Assembly (NCBI GenBank): GCA_030654225.1
Contig: JAURXY010000003.1
Coordinates: forward strand, 16,056-80,055
Direction of reading: 5' to 3'
DNA length: 64,000 bases
DNA from: a bacterium
GTDB lineage: Bacteria; Patescibacteriota; Minisyncoccia; Moranbacterales; UBA2206
The notes beneath the pieces were generated by a model. That model did not search any database. It saw nothing but the letters and a program-made list of their open reading frames with translations, and was not told where the DNA came from. How positions within the stretch are numbered: the first letter of the stretch is position 1; each line of letters opens with the position of its first letter. Below, one piece after another: positions 19,702-29,038 of this stretch. Position numbers and translations under genes: made by a program.

Positions 19702-20736
19702 TTAAAATTTACCAATAGCATTGAAAAAAATAATAGATGCCCATAATAAAACAATAAAAACAAAAAATATTTTGTTGGATATACTCATCTTCTCTGATGC
19801 CTTAAAAATATCAATAAAGTATTTAATAGAAAATACAAAAAATACAAAAAACATTAATGGAATAGAGAGATAAAATATATTTGCTTCGCTGGGGCAGGTT
19901 TCCATTAAGCGACAGGACCCTATATTTTTTAGATAAATTAATGCAATTAAAGAATATATAACAAATATACCACTTATTAACACTAAATTACGCACATTTT
20001 TCTTGAGGGATATATTTGCACCAATAATTTTTTGTTGAGATGTTTGAGGTATAAAATAGGTCAATAGTGAAAAAATAATAATAACTAAGATAATGGAATA
20101 TAAATTTTGCTGGCTTTTTCCTGAAAAAAAGTATGAACCACATGATTTTATAGTATTATTAGATTTCTTGCATGCGTTGCTGTTTCTTGCTGTAATGGAA
20201 CAATTATCAAGGCAACTATCTTTATGAAGGCGACCAAATGAGGAAGTTTTCAAATTATCACAAAAATCACAATTGTTTTTTATTTTTGCTAATCTTATGC
20301 TCGTTCCTTCAATACAGTGTTCTACTGCAGCTTGTTTATCAAAAGCAGTGCTTTCTTTTGTTGGTTCGCCATATAGATTGATTGTGAATGTTGCGGGAAA
20401 AGCATTGATTGTTTGATTGCAAAAAGAGATATCATTTTTCTGGGTGGCAAAGTACGCATAACAATTCCCAACTGTTTCATAGGAAGATCGATTATGGCTA
20501 CGGTTATAGGCTAAAGTATCTTCAGATATATTGCAATCAAGAATGTTGGAAAATTCTTTGCTTACTTTATATCTATCTGAGCCGTAGTCGGATATGTTAT
20601 TATTATTTTTTTTGGAATTTATAAAAAAAGCTATCAATAAGCTTATAATAAAAATTGAAGAAACGAAAACAATCTTTATTAGCTGTTCCTTCTTGTTATT
20701 TGGGGAATAATTAAAATTTTGATTTATTTGTTCCAT
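19702..20736 (-). CDS. Membrane protein with Cys-rich extracellular domain
   Basis: N-terminal TM, about 10 Cys in the soluble part, four C-terminal TMs; very AT-rich. Confidence 0.7.
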   Translation of the reverse strand: MEQINQNFNYSPNNKKEQLIKIVFVSSIFIISLLIAFFINSKKNNNNISDYGSDRYKVSKEFSNILDCNISEDTLAYNRSHNRSSYETVGNCYAYFATQKNDISFCNQTINAFPATFTINLYGEPTKESTAFDKQAAVEHCIEGTSIRLAKIKNNCDFCDNLKTSSFGRLHKDSCLDNCSITARNSNACKKSNNTIKSCGSYFFSGKSQQNLYSIILVIIIFSLLTYFIPQTSQQKIIGANISLKKNVRNLVLISGIFVIYSLIALIYLKNIGSCRLMETCPSEANIFYLSIPLMFFVFFVFSIKYFIDIFKASEKMSISNKIFFVFIVLLWASIIFFNAIGKF

Positions 20737-20766
20737 AATTTTGAAATTAAAAATAAATTTTTACAG

Positions 20767-21396
20767 TTATTTTTTAAAACTTAATTCACTAACGGATTCT
20801 TCAATTGCTTTTCTAATTATTTTTTCTAATTTTGAATAATTATGATCATCTGCAAGTTGCAAAGCTTTGATATAATTATTTCTTCCTGAAATTGTTTCGA
20901 CTTTTAGTTCGATTGGTGGCAAGTTTAAATTAAGTAGAATAATATTATTTAACAATCTGCCGATTCTCCCATTATAATCTTGAAACGGATGAATCCAAGA
21001 AAATCTATGATGTGCCCAAGCGATTAAAAAAATCAATTCATCGAGAAATTTACTGTCATCAATTTTTGGCAAATGGTGCGTTCTTATTTGCAAGTCTTGA
21101 GTAAATTCAAGCATAAGTTGCGGTACCAAATAAAATTTCGGTGGGATATGCTTTGAAACCTTAACTTCAATGTTTCGATATTGGCCACCCATTTTTGGAA
21201 AAATCCAATTAAAGCCAATTTTGTGAATTTGCTTTATGAATTCTGGCGTGAGAGGCAAATTGCCTTTTTCGTTTTCTTGCAAAATAAAATCCCATGCCTT
21301 CTTTATTCCTTCAATTTCTAAAGGAATTAATTTGGAGCGTGGGATAATACCGAAAGACGTTTCTTTGTAGCTGGTTTCGCCTTTTCTTTTTTTCAT
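20767..21396 (-). CDS. Fic-domain toxin (class I)
   Basis: HPFQDYNGRIGR Fic motif. Confidence 0.92.
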   Translation of the reverse strand: MKKRKGETSYKETSFGIIPRSKLIPLEIEGIKKAWDFILQENEKGNLPLTPEFIKQIHKIGFNWIFPKMGGQYRNIEVKVSKHIPPKFYLVPQLMLEFTQDLQIRTHHLPKIDDSKFLDELIFLIAWAHHRFSWIHPFQDYNGRIGRLLNNIILLNLNLPPIELKVETISGRNNYIKALQLADDHNYSKLEKIIRKAIEESVSELSFKK

Positions 21397-21406
21397 CGTA
21401 TTGAAA

Positions 21407-21583
21407 TTAAGCTTTTTGCAAAACTTTTTTTACCATTTTTTGCGTTACTTCAGAATTTTCACTTTTAGTCGTTCGATAAACCATTTTATTTATAAACATA
21501 CCAAAATAATCCTGACGCATTTTGCTTTTTGCTGGGGATTTTTGAAAACTTTTTAAAATTTGAATCATTTGTTGTTTTGACAT
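21407..21583 (-). CDS. Putative Fic antitoxin, 58 aa (not in ORF track)
   Basis: MSKQQMIQIL...VYRTTKSENSEV...QKA*; TTKSEN fits the (S/T)xxxE(G/N) inhibitory motif; ends 10 nt before the Fic start. Confidence 0.75.
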   Translation of the reverse strand: MSKQQMIQILKSFQKSPAKSKMRQDYFGMFINKMVYRTTKSENSEVTQKMVKKVLQKA

Positions 21584-21631
21584 ATCTTAAGATTAGCATA
21601 ATTAGCTTGCCTTGTCCATTTTTTTAGGAGG

Positions 21632-23254
21632 CTATATTTTCTTCACCATATAACTATCTTTCAATTTATACCCCAATTTTCGATAATATCCACGCACGCC
21701 GACGCCGGAAATTACTACAATTCTATCAAGCCCAAATTCTTTTTTGGTGATTTTTTCGGCCTCGAGGATTAGTTTTTTTCCAAGACCGATGTGTTGAGGA
21801 GAAATATTATCTTTTTGGTTGATCTGATTCATTTTACCATAAGTATGCACTTCTCTTATTATAGCAGAATTTTTTAGAACATTCGGGGCTATGCTTTTTT
21901 CGTTATTTATTCTTAGGCGTAAAAGTGCGAAAAGCTTAGACCTCACCCCAGCCCTCTCCTTATCAAGGAGAGGGAGCGTTGAATATTCTAAAAATATTTC
22001 TTGGCCGTCGCTGGAGGGATAGTCAATGCGATGCAAAATTATTTTTTCTTTGAGACTATAATCGGATCGCACTTCACGACAACGAATGCAAGGGCAGGTG
22101 GAATTTTTGGCGATTAGTTGGCGGAGATTGGAAACTTTTGGTCCGGCGATAATGGAACTTTCGGGTACATCACGCACCAGGCGAGAGATGCGAATATAAG
22201 GTGGAATAATTTCATTTTTAACGCGCAGGATAAATTTTTCAAAACTTTTGTCGGTGAGTGCTTTATATTTCCCGGCTTTCCATATTTTATACAGTGGACT
22301 TTGGCGAATAACGACAGTCGGATAAATCTTGAGCATATCAGGTTGGAAATTATGATCAGAAAAAAGTTTTTCAAACATTTGAAAATCTTTTTTGATGCTG
22401 GAGCCGAGAAGCCCTGGCATAATATGATAGTTGATTTTGAAACCAAAATCTTTGAGCAGTTTTGTAGCTTCGATAGTTCTTTGGACATTGTGTCCGCGTT
22501 TATTTTTTTCTAATACATCGTCAAAAATACTTTGCACCCCGAGTTCCACTCGAGTGCATCCAAGATTTCTAAAATTAATCAATTCTTCTGCGTCGATATA
22601 ATCCGGTCGTGTTTCCAGTGTCAGTCCGATTATTCTATGTTTAGCCGTCTCGTTTTTCTTCTGTTCCGTTTTTAATTTTATTTCAATATTGTTTCTTGTT
22701 TCTTGATTCTTGTTTCTTGATTTCGGATAATCATTACAAGCCCGAAAACACTCCAAAACAAATTTATTTTGATAACTTTTTGGCAGATAGGAAAAAGTTC
22801 CGCCCATCACGATAATCTCTATTTTGTCAGTTTTGTGGCCGTTGAGTTCTAGGGCGTGAATTCTTCTTTGCACTTGAAGATAAGGATTAAATTTAGCGGA
22901 AATGGCGCGCATCACAGCTGGTTCATTTGAGAGATAGCTTTTGGGCATTTCCACTTCATCGGGGCAATAAATGCATTTGCCTGGACAAGGATAACTTTTA
23001 GTAAGCACTGCCACCACAGCCACGCCAGAATCGGTGCGAATTTTTTTGCTAAAAAGGCAATTTTCTAAATCCGGATTGCGTTTGATTTTTTTTTGAGTAA
23101 TCATTTTTTCATAAAGTTCGCGAATGTCAGCGTTGGTTGGGAGTGGCAGTCCCAAATTTTTGCAAATTTCTTTTTTGCGTTTCAAAAAGAGCTCAGGATT
23201 TGAAATCTTGGTTTGGGTTGCTAGTTTTATGAAATTGTCATAGGATTTAAGCAT
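21632..23254 (-). CDS. elp3: Elp3 tRNA uridine(34) acetyltransferase (radical SAM + GNAT)
   Basis: CPGKCIYCP, MGGTF, ETRPD, ELGVQS, KIYPT, CIRCRE, REVHTYG, QHIGLG, VISGVGVRGYY. Confidence 0.93.
   Translation of the reverse strand: MLKSYDNFIKLATQTKISNPELFLKRKKEICKNLGLPLPTNADIRELYEKMITQKKIKRNPDLENCLFSKKIRTDSGVAVVAVLTKSYPCPGKCIYCPDEVEMPKSYLSNEPAVMRAISAKFNPYLQVQRRIHALELNGHKTDKIEIIVMGGTFSYLPKSYQNKFVLECFRACNDYPKSRNKNQETRNNIEIKLKTEQKKNETAKHRIIGLTLETRPDYIDAEELINFRNLGCTRVELGVQSIFDDVLEKNKRGHNVQRTIEATKLLKDFGFKINYHIMPGLLGSSIKKDFQMFEKLFSDHNFQPDMLKIYPTVVIRQSPLYKIWKAGKYKALTDKSFEKFILRVKNEIIPPYIRISRLVRDVPESSIIAGPKVSNLRQLIAKNSTCPCIRCREVRSDYSLKEKIILHRIDYPSSDGQEIFLEYSTLPLLDKERAGVRSKLFALLRLRINNEKSIAPNVLKNSAIIREVHTYGKMNQINQKDNISPQHIGLGKKLILEAEKITKKEFGLDRIVVISGVGVRGYYRKLGYKLKDSYMVKKI
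21940..21976. repeat. REP-like palindromic in-frame insertion in elp3
   Basis: cctcaccccagccctctcctt-atc-aaggagaggg encoding LPLLDKERAGVR. Confidence 0.82.
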
Positions 23255-23268
23255 GGGGGGAGTTGGGG

Positions 23269-23419
23269 AATTGAATAATTAAAATTTTCTCTAAATTAAA
23301 CTCGAGTCCTAGAAATTCTTGCCAAAATTTTTCTGACAACCAACGGCGGAAACAGAAAAATTTTGGATAATTTCTGGACTCTCAAGCAGTAATTTATCGA
23401 AAATTTTAATCATTCAATT
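23269..23419. repeat. Long imperfect hairpin element, copy B
   Basis: Outer and inner stems with the same internal-loop and apical motifs as 15904-16031. Confidence 0.85.
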
Positions 23420-23427
23420 TATTTATT

Positions 23428-24093
23428 ATGGAGATGGAGGATAAAATTTTAAGAGACATTGAAAACGGTTATGATTTGATGGTGGAGAAATTTTCCAATA
23501 CTCGAAAATATTTTTGGAGGGATTTTGAATTTATTCGAGGATACATTCCTGATGATGGGAAAATTTTGGATTTTGGTTGTGGCAACGGGCGTTTTTTGGA
23601 AATGCTGAAAGACAGAAGGCAAGAATATTTTGGCGTGGATGTTTCACAAAAACTAATTGATATCGCCAAGGAGAAATATGCAAAAGAGGGGGTCAATTTT
23701 CAAAAAATATCCAGTTCGGACATTCTACCATTTCCTGACAATTTTTTCAACAGTGTCGTGTCCATTTCAGTTTTTCATCATTTTCCTTCTGGTCACGCGC
23801 AAAGGATGGCCAAAGAAATTTATCGCGTGACAAAGCCTGGCGGGATGGTCATAATCAGCGTTTGGAATTTATGGCAGAAGAGATATTGGAAATATTGGCT
23901 AAATCCAAAAAATCTTTGGGAAAAAAATATTAACATACCTTTCAAAAACAATCAAGAAGAAATCTTCAATCGCTTTCATCATATGTTTAGAAAAAAAGAA
24001 TTGGAAAAGCTTTTCTGGCAGGCTGGCTTCCAAATTGAAAAATCTCTTGTGCTTAACAAGAAAAATATTATTATAATAGGTAAGAAAATATAA
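23428..24093 (+). CDS. Class I SAM methyltransferase, Trm9/ALKBH8-like
   Basis: YD...FSNTR..W, LDFGCGNGR, ISVFHHF, RVTKPGG...ISVW. Confidence 0.75.
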   Translation: MEMEDKILRDIENGYDLMVEKFSNTRKYFWRDFEFIRGYIPDDGKILDFGCGNGRFLEMLKDRRQEYFGVDVSQKLIDIAKEKYAKEGVNFQKISSSDILPFPDNFFNSVVSISVFHHFPSGHAQRMAKEIYRVTKPGGMVIISVWNLWQKRYWKYWLNPKNLWEKNINIPFKNNQEEIFNRFHHMFRKKELEKLFWQAGFQIEKSLVLNKKNIIIIGKKI

Positions 24094-24099
24094 CTTTTG

Positions 24100-24183
24100 T
24101 GCCCAAGGAGAGACTCGAACTCTCAAGAGATTACTCCCACGCGATTTTGAGTCGCGCGCGTATACCAATTCCGCCACTTGGGC
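24100..24183 (-). tRNA. tRNA-Leu(CAA)
   Basis: GCCCAAGTGGCGGAATTGGTATACGCG...CT-CAA-AA...GTTCGAGTC...TTGGGCA; long variable arm; CCA not encoded. Confidence 0.96.
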
Positions 24184-24238
24184 ATATTTATATTATTTTG
24201 TCATAAGATACATTTGTAGTATAATAGACTTATAGATT

Positions 24239-25030
24239 ATGGCAAAGATTATTTCATTAGTCAATCAAAAGGGCGGAGTGGGCAAAACTACCTCAGCCAT
24301 TAACCTAGCAACCTATTTGGCGGAGCTGGGCAAGTTTGTTTTGCTTGTGGACCTTGACCCACAAGGCAATGCTTCTTCTGGACTGGGACTAAATGTCAGA
24401 GAAATTGAAAAAAGTCTCTATCACTCAATGATACTCGGAGAACATCCGTCGAAAATCATTATGCGTACAGAAACTTTCGGCCATGATTTGATTCCTGCTT
24501 CGCAGGATTTGGCCGGAGCGGGGATTGAGCTTGTGCATATGGATAATCGTGAGTTTCGACTGTACAATGTTCTACGAGAAATTAGAACTAACTACGACTA
24601 CATTATAATTGATTCTCCACCAAGTCTCGGACTCCTCACAATTAATGGTCTGGTAGCGAGCGATGAAATTATTATTCCCGTGCAAACAGAATACTTTGCT
24701 TTGGAGGGTCTTAGTCAACTTCTAAATACTATTAATCTTATCAAAGAAAATCTTCAGCCTGAACTTAAGGTTATGGGCGCACTTCTCACGATGTATGACA
24801 AGCGAAATCGTTTGGCGCGTCAAGTAGTCAAAGAAGTGCAGGATCATTTTCCGGGGCATGTTTTTGAGAGTGTTATCCCTCGTTCAATTCGTTTGGCGGA
24901 AGCCCCAGGATTTGGCAAATCAATTTTGAGTTTTGATTCGCTTTCCAAAGGCGCGAGAGCTTACAAAAATCTAGCCAAAGAAATTATCGAACTAGATAAA
25001 AATAATAATAAAAAGGATTTTTCAGTTTAA
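24239..25030 (+). CDS. parA: Chromosome partitioning ATPase ParA/Soj
   Basis: NQKGGVGKTT, DLDPQGN, PVQTEYFALEG. Confidence 0.96.
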   Translation: MAKIISLVNQKGGVGKTTSAINLATYLAELGKFVLLVDLDPQGNASSGLGLNVREIEKSLYHSMILGEHPSKIIMRTETFGHDLIPASQDLAGAGIELVHMDNREFRLYNVLREIRTNYDYIIIDSPPSLGLLTINGLVASDEIIIPVQTEYFALEGLSQLLNTINLIKENLQPELKVMGALLTMYDKRNRLARQVVKEVQDHFPGHVFESVIPRSIRLAEAPGFGKSILSFDSLSKGARAYKNLAKEIIELDKNNNKKDFSV

Positions 25031-25049
25031 AAAAATAAAAAATAAATTT

Positions 25050-25955
25050 ATGGCTCAGAATTATGGACTTGGTCGAGGACTGTCATCACTCATTCCTCAG
25101 AAATCAAAAAAAATTGATAAGCCAGCAGAAGATTTCAACTATTTTGGTGCTTCTGGAAAACCAATCGCGAACGTTTCTGAAGAGAAAAATGGCATAGAAG
25201 AAATTGAAATTTCAAAAATTGTGCCTAATCCCTATCAGCCACGAACGGTTTTTGATGAAGTAAAACTTCAAGAGTTGGCTGATTCTATAAAAGAACATGG
25301 AATAATTCAGCCGATCACAGTGAGTAAATCTGGTGGGCAATATGAAATTATTGCTGGTGAACGGCGTTTTCAGGCAGCTAAAATTGCCGGCCTCGCTGTT
25401 GTGCCGGTGATTATGCGAGAAACAACAACTGATCAACAAAAACTAGAATTGGCGATTATTGAAAATATTCAACGCCAAGATTTAAATCCAATTGAAGAGG
25501 CTAAATCATATTTGAAACTTACCAATGAATTCGCTCTTACACAAGAAGAGGTTGCAAAAAAATTAGGAAAAAATCGAAGTTCAGTAGCCAACAAAGTTCG
25601 ACTTTTGAATTTACCAATTGAAATTCAAAAAGCTCTAGTGGAAGGAAAAATTACGGAAGGACATTGTAAGTTGCTTTTGGCTATTCCTAACCCAGAAAAA
25701 CAAAGAGCTTTCTATGAACTGATAATCAAAAATGGTTTGACTGTGCGTCAAACGGAAGACAAAACCAAGGAAGTGACTGTCCACTCTCATAAAAGAAACA
25801 TTGTCGTTGACCCGGAAACCAAAAGCTTGGAAGACGAACTAATCGGCATCCTTGGCACCAAAGTCAAAATAAAAAAATCAGGTGGTGGTGGGCAGATTGT
25901 GATCGAATATTATTCCAAAGAAGAATTGAATAATATTTTGGGGAAGATAAAATAA
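25050..25955 (+). CDS. parB: ParB/Spo0J
   Basis: LGRGL, NPYQPR, IAGERR, ENIQRQDLNPIEEA. Confidence 0.96.
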   Translation: MAQNYGLGRGLSSLIPQKSKKIDKPAEDFNYFGASGKPIANVSEEKNGIEEIEISKIVPNPYQPRTVFDEVKLQELADSIKEHGIIQPITVSKSGGQYEIIAGERRFQAAKIAGLAVVPVIMRETTTDQQKLELAIIENIQRQDLNPIEEAKSYLKLTNEFALTQEEVAKKLGKNRSSVANKVRLLNLPIEIQKALVEGKITEGHCKLLLAIPNPEKQRAFYELIIKNGLTVRQTEDKTKEVTVHSHKRNIVVDPETKSLEDELIGILGTKVKIKKSGGGGQIVIEYYSKEELNNILGKIK

Positions 25956-25988
25956 ATTTATAAATAATTATTTTTAATAAACAAAACT

Positions 25989-26552
25989 ATGAAAAAAACA
26001 TTGCTAATTTTGGGGGTAGTCGTAGTTATTGTTGGTGGTTATATTTGGCTAACGTATAATAAACTCATAACTGCCAATGAAAACATTGACAATCAATGGG
26101 CGCAAGTGGAAACGCAATATCAAAGACGAATAGATTTAATTCCAAATCTTGTTGAGTCCGTTAAGGGCGTGATGAATCAAGAACAAAAAATATTTGGTGA
26201 TTTAGCTGAGGCTAGAACTCGCTATGCAGGCGCAACAAATGCTAATCAGAAAGTTGAAGCTGCTACTCAAGTGGATAGCGCTTTTGCTAGACTTTTAGCA
26301 GTAATGGAAAATTATCCACAATTAAAATCATCCGATAATGTACAAACACTCATGGCGCAATTAGAAGGAACAGAGAATAGAATTAGCGTTGAAAGAAAAA
26401 GATATAATGATTCAGTCAAAGATTTCAATGTTATGATCAAAAGAATTCCAGACAAATGGATTGCAAATTCTTTAGGATTTTCAGAAAAAAATTATTTTGA
26501 AGCTACGAAGGGATCTGAAAATGCTCCAAAGGTTGATTTAAAAAACAACTAA
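25989..26552 (+). CDS. lemA: LemA family protein
   Basis: QYQRRIDLIPNLV, ENYPQLKS, EGTENRI. Confidence 0.93.
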   Translation: MKKTLLILGVVVVIVGGYIWLTYNKLITANENIDNQWAQVETQYQRRIDLIPNLVESVKGVMNQEQKIFGDLAEARTRYAGATNANQKVEAATQVDSAFARLLAVMENYPQLKSSDNVQTLMAQLEGTENRISVERKRYNDSVKDFNVMIKRIPDKWIANSLGFSEKNYFEATKGSENAPKVDLKNN

Positions 26553-26555
26553 AAA

Positions 26556-27575
26556 ATGATTTCTAGAATCATAAAATTTTCGCTACTTCTTTTTATATTT
26601 TTTGCTTTTCCAGTAAAAGCTTATTATAATCCGGGAACTCCAACCGGATTTGTTAATGATTATGCAGGAATATTAAGCGCAGAACAAAAACAAACGCTGG
26701 AAAGCAAGCTTTCACAATTTGAAAAAAACTCAAGCAATGAAATTTCTGTGGTGACTGTCCCAAGCTTGAAGGATGATACAGTTGAAAATTTTGCAGTTGA
26801 ACTTTTCAAGGACTGGGGCATTGGCAAAAAAGATAAAGATAATGGCGTGTTGGTTTTGGTCGCACTTTCTGACAAGAAAATGAGAATTGAGGTTGGCTAT
26901 GGTCTAGAAGGCACGCTTACGGATGCACAGGCTAGCTGGATAATTAGCGATATAATGAGACCAGCTTTTCAAAAAAGTGATTATTATTCTGGAATAAATG
27001 GAGCAGTGGATAAAATTGTTGCTTCAATTAACGGAGAAAATATTATTCTTCAAGATGCTAAGCAAAAAGTAAAAATTCAAGAGATAGAAAAAAAATTAAG
27101 AGAGTCGCAACCGATTGTTGATTCTGTATATTCAATAAAACATCCCATTGGAATCCTAGGTGTTCTGCAATTTATTATTGGGATTCTTTTGTTAACACTT
27201 CTTTTGATAACTGTTTATTCTGGATTTTATATTCCTTATATATTAGTAAGGTTAATTCTTGGTGTATTAGGTAAAAATAAAAGCTGGGTAGCAGGTGGGA
27301 TATTCGGAGGAATGATTGGAACTTCAATTGGAATTTTAAAAGAAAGTTTGTATAATGGATTACTTTGGTCTTTTATTCTTATACCAATTAGCCTTCTGCT
27401 TGATTTTTATCTTTCGAAATATAATACATTTTGGAAAAAAGATCTTAAGAGCTTATTAAAAACAAAAGGTGGTAAAAAAGGTGGATTTTGGTCAGGAGGG
27501 TCCTCCGGTGGTGGAGGTTTTGGTGGATTTGGTGGCGGGAGTTCCGGAGGCGGAGGCGCTAGCGGAGGTTGGTAA
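26556..27575 (+). CDS. TPM domain (YgcG-like) membrane protein
   Basis: VNDYAGIL, WGIG, DNGVL, RIEVGYGLEG, Gly-rich GGGGASGGW tail. Confidence 0.92.
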   Translation: MISRIIKFSLLLFIFFAFPVKAYYNPGTPTGFVNDYAGILSAEQKQTLESKLSQFEKNSSNEISVVTVPSLKDDTVENFAVELFKDWGIGKKDKDNGVLVLVALSDKKMRIEVGYGLEGTLTDAQASWIISDIMRPAFQKSDYYSGINGAVDKIVASINGENIILQDAKQKVKIQEIEKKLRESQPIVDSVYSIKHPIGILGVLQFIIGILLLTLLLITVYSGFYIPYILVRLILGVLGKNKSWVAGGIFGGMIGTSIGILKESLYNGLLWSFILIPISLLLDFYLSKYNTFWKKDLKSLLKTKGGKKGGFWSGGSSGGGGFGGFGGGSSGGGGASGGW

Positions 27576-27634
27576 ATATGATATACTAAATTTAGAAGGA
27601 AGGTAGTATTTAATTAAAATAATTTAATAAAAAA

Positions 27635-28192
27635 ATGAAGATCTCAATGAGCAAAACGAGGGAACAGTTCCCCCTGAGTACGAAAAAAGTTCTCAAGAAA
27701 ACCGTAGCAGGAACATTAATTTGGTCAATATTATTATTTATAATCTGGCTTTTTGTCACTGTTGCTGTTGTTGTAAATAATAAAAGCTCTGCGGGGATAG
27801 CAGGAATAATAACATTGGCAATCTTTGGATTAATGGCCTTAATTATATTCGGGACATATTTTTATCAAAAGTGGTATTATTCGGTGTATTTTTATGATCT
27901 TACGGATGATTTTATTATCATTAAAAAAGGACCAATCACACCAAGCGAAATTACAATTCCATACGAAAGAGTGCAGGATGTTTATGTCGATCAGGATTTA
28001 CTGGATAGATTATTTGGAATTTATGATGTTCATTTGTCTAGTGCGACGATTTCCTCTGGCATGGAAGCTCATATAGATGGTGTAGAAAAAGTGGCGGCCG
28101 ATGGTTTGCGTGGATTTTTATTACAAACTGTTCAACAAAAAATTGGTAGAAAAAATAATCAAAATTTAAACAATAATCAACCTAATCAATAA
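27635..28192 (+). CDS. Bacterial PH domain (bPH_2/YdbS-like) membrane protein
   Basis: Two TMs then IPYERVQDVYVDQDLLDRLFG. Confidence 0.85.
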   Translation: MKISMSKTREQFPLSTKKVLKKTVAGTLIWSILLFIIWLFVTVAVVVNNKSSAGIAGIITLAIFGLMALIIFGTYFYQKWYYSVYFYDLTDDFIIIKKGPITPSEITIPYERVQDVYVDQDLLDRLFGIYDVHLSSATISSGMEAHIDGVEKVAADGLRGFLLQTVQQKIGRKNNQNLNNNQPNQ

Positions 28193-28196
28193 AAAT

Positions 28197-28748
28197 ATGG
28201 AAAATATTTCACAAGTAATAACAGAAAAAAATTATCCCATCACAAAGCTTTGGATTTTTAAAGCCCCTATCATTATCATTTTATTAAATGTGGTTGCTTT
28301 ATTTTTTGGTTATTATTTTCCTTATCTTGTTTTAGCTATACCTATTATGTTAATTGTTAATCCTCTAATTAGAGCAAATTTTCATTATTCACTGGATGAT
28401 AAATTTTTCGATATAAAACAAGGAGTTATATCAAAAAAGCGAAGAAGCTTGCCTTATGGAGTTATTCAGAATGTTTTTGTTAAACAAGATTTATTTGATA
28501 GAATTTTTGGATTGGCTACTTTGAGAGTTGAAAACGCTTCGCAGGCAGGTGGTGGCAGTGGTGAACGCTGGTGGAACAAGAGCTATGGTTCAAAAGCTAC
28601 TGCTTATGGACAAAATGAGGGCGTTGGTTCTTCTGGGAATAAAGTGAATATCCCAGGACTTAAGAAACAAAACGCAGAAGACTTAAAAAGTTATATTCTT
28701 CAAAAGATAAAAGAAAATCCAATTGAAGATAGCCAATCAGGATTATAA
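28197..28748 (+). CDS. Bacterial PH domain (bPH_2) membrane protein
   Basis: LPYGVIQNVFVKQDLFDRIFGLA, IPGL. Confidence 0.85.
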   Translation: MENISQVITEKNYPITKLWIFKAPIIIILLNVVALFFGYYFPYLVLAIPIMLIVNPLIRANFHYSLDDKFFDIKQGVISKKRRSLPYGVIQNVFVKQDLFDRIFGLATLRVENASQAGGGSGERWWNKSYGSKATAYGQNEGVGSSGNKVNIPGLKKQNAEDLKSYILQKIKENPIEDSQSGL

Positions 28749-28755
28749 TATTATA

Positions 28756-28845
28756 AAAATAAAAAAATCAGGTGGTGGTGGGCAAATTGTGATTGAATAT
28801 TATTCCAAAGAAGAACTGAATAATATTTTAGGGAAGATAAAATAA
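28756..28845 (+). pseudogene. Duplicated parB 3' end (direct repeat of 25866-25955)
   Basis: 90-nt match with 4 mismatches, encoding IKKSGGGGQIVIEYYSKEELNNILGKIK*. Confidence 0.93.
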
Positions 28846-28849
28846 TTAG

Positions 28850-29038
28850 ATGTTAGAAAAAATTATTCAAGTAGCTGTTGAATTTTATAAAAAAATTATT
28901 GGCGTATATTGGCCGACTTATTTTTCGTGGCTCACAGAAAAACTAAGTGGAACGGAACCATTTGCAACGCTTTTAATTTCAATCTTTCTAATTTTCGCAC
29001 TTATAATTTATATTTGGTTTCGTAACCGCAACGACTAA
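28850..29038 (+). CDS. Small membrane protein
   Basis: 62-aa ORF with a C-terminal TM helix. Confidence 0.6.
   Translation: MLEKIIQVAVEFYKKIIGVYWPTYFSWLTEKLSGTEPFATLLISIFLIFALIIYIWFRNRND

Noticed and set aside
23899-24177. 92-aa minus-strand ORF
   Set aside because: It is a translation through tRNA-Leu and antisense to the methyltransferase.
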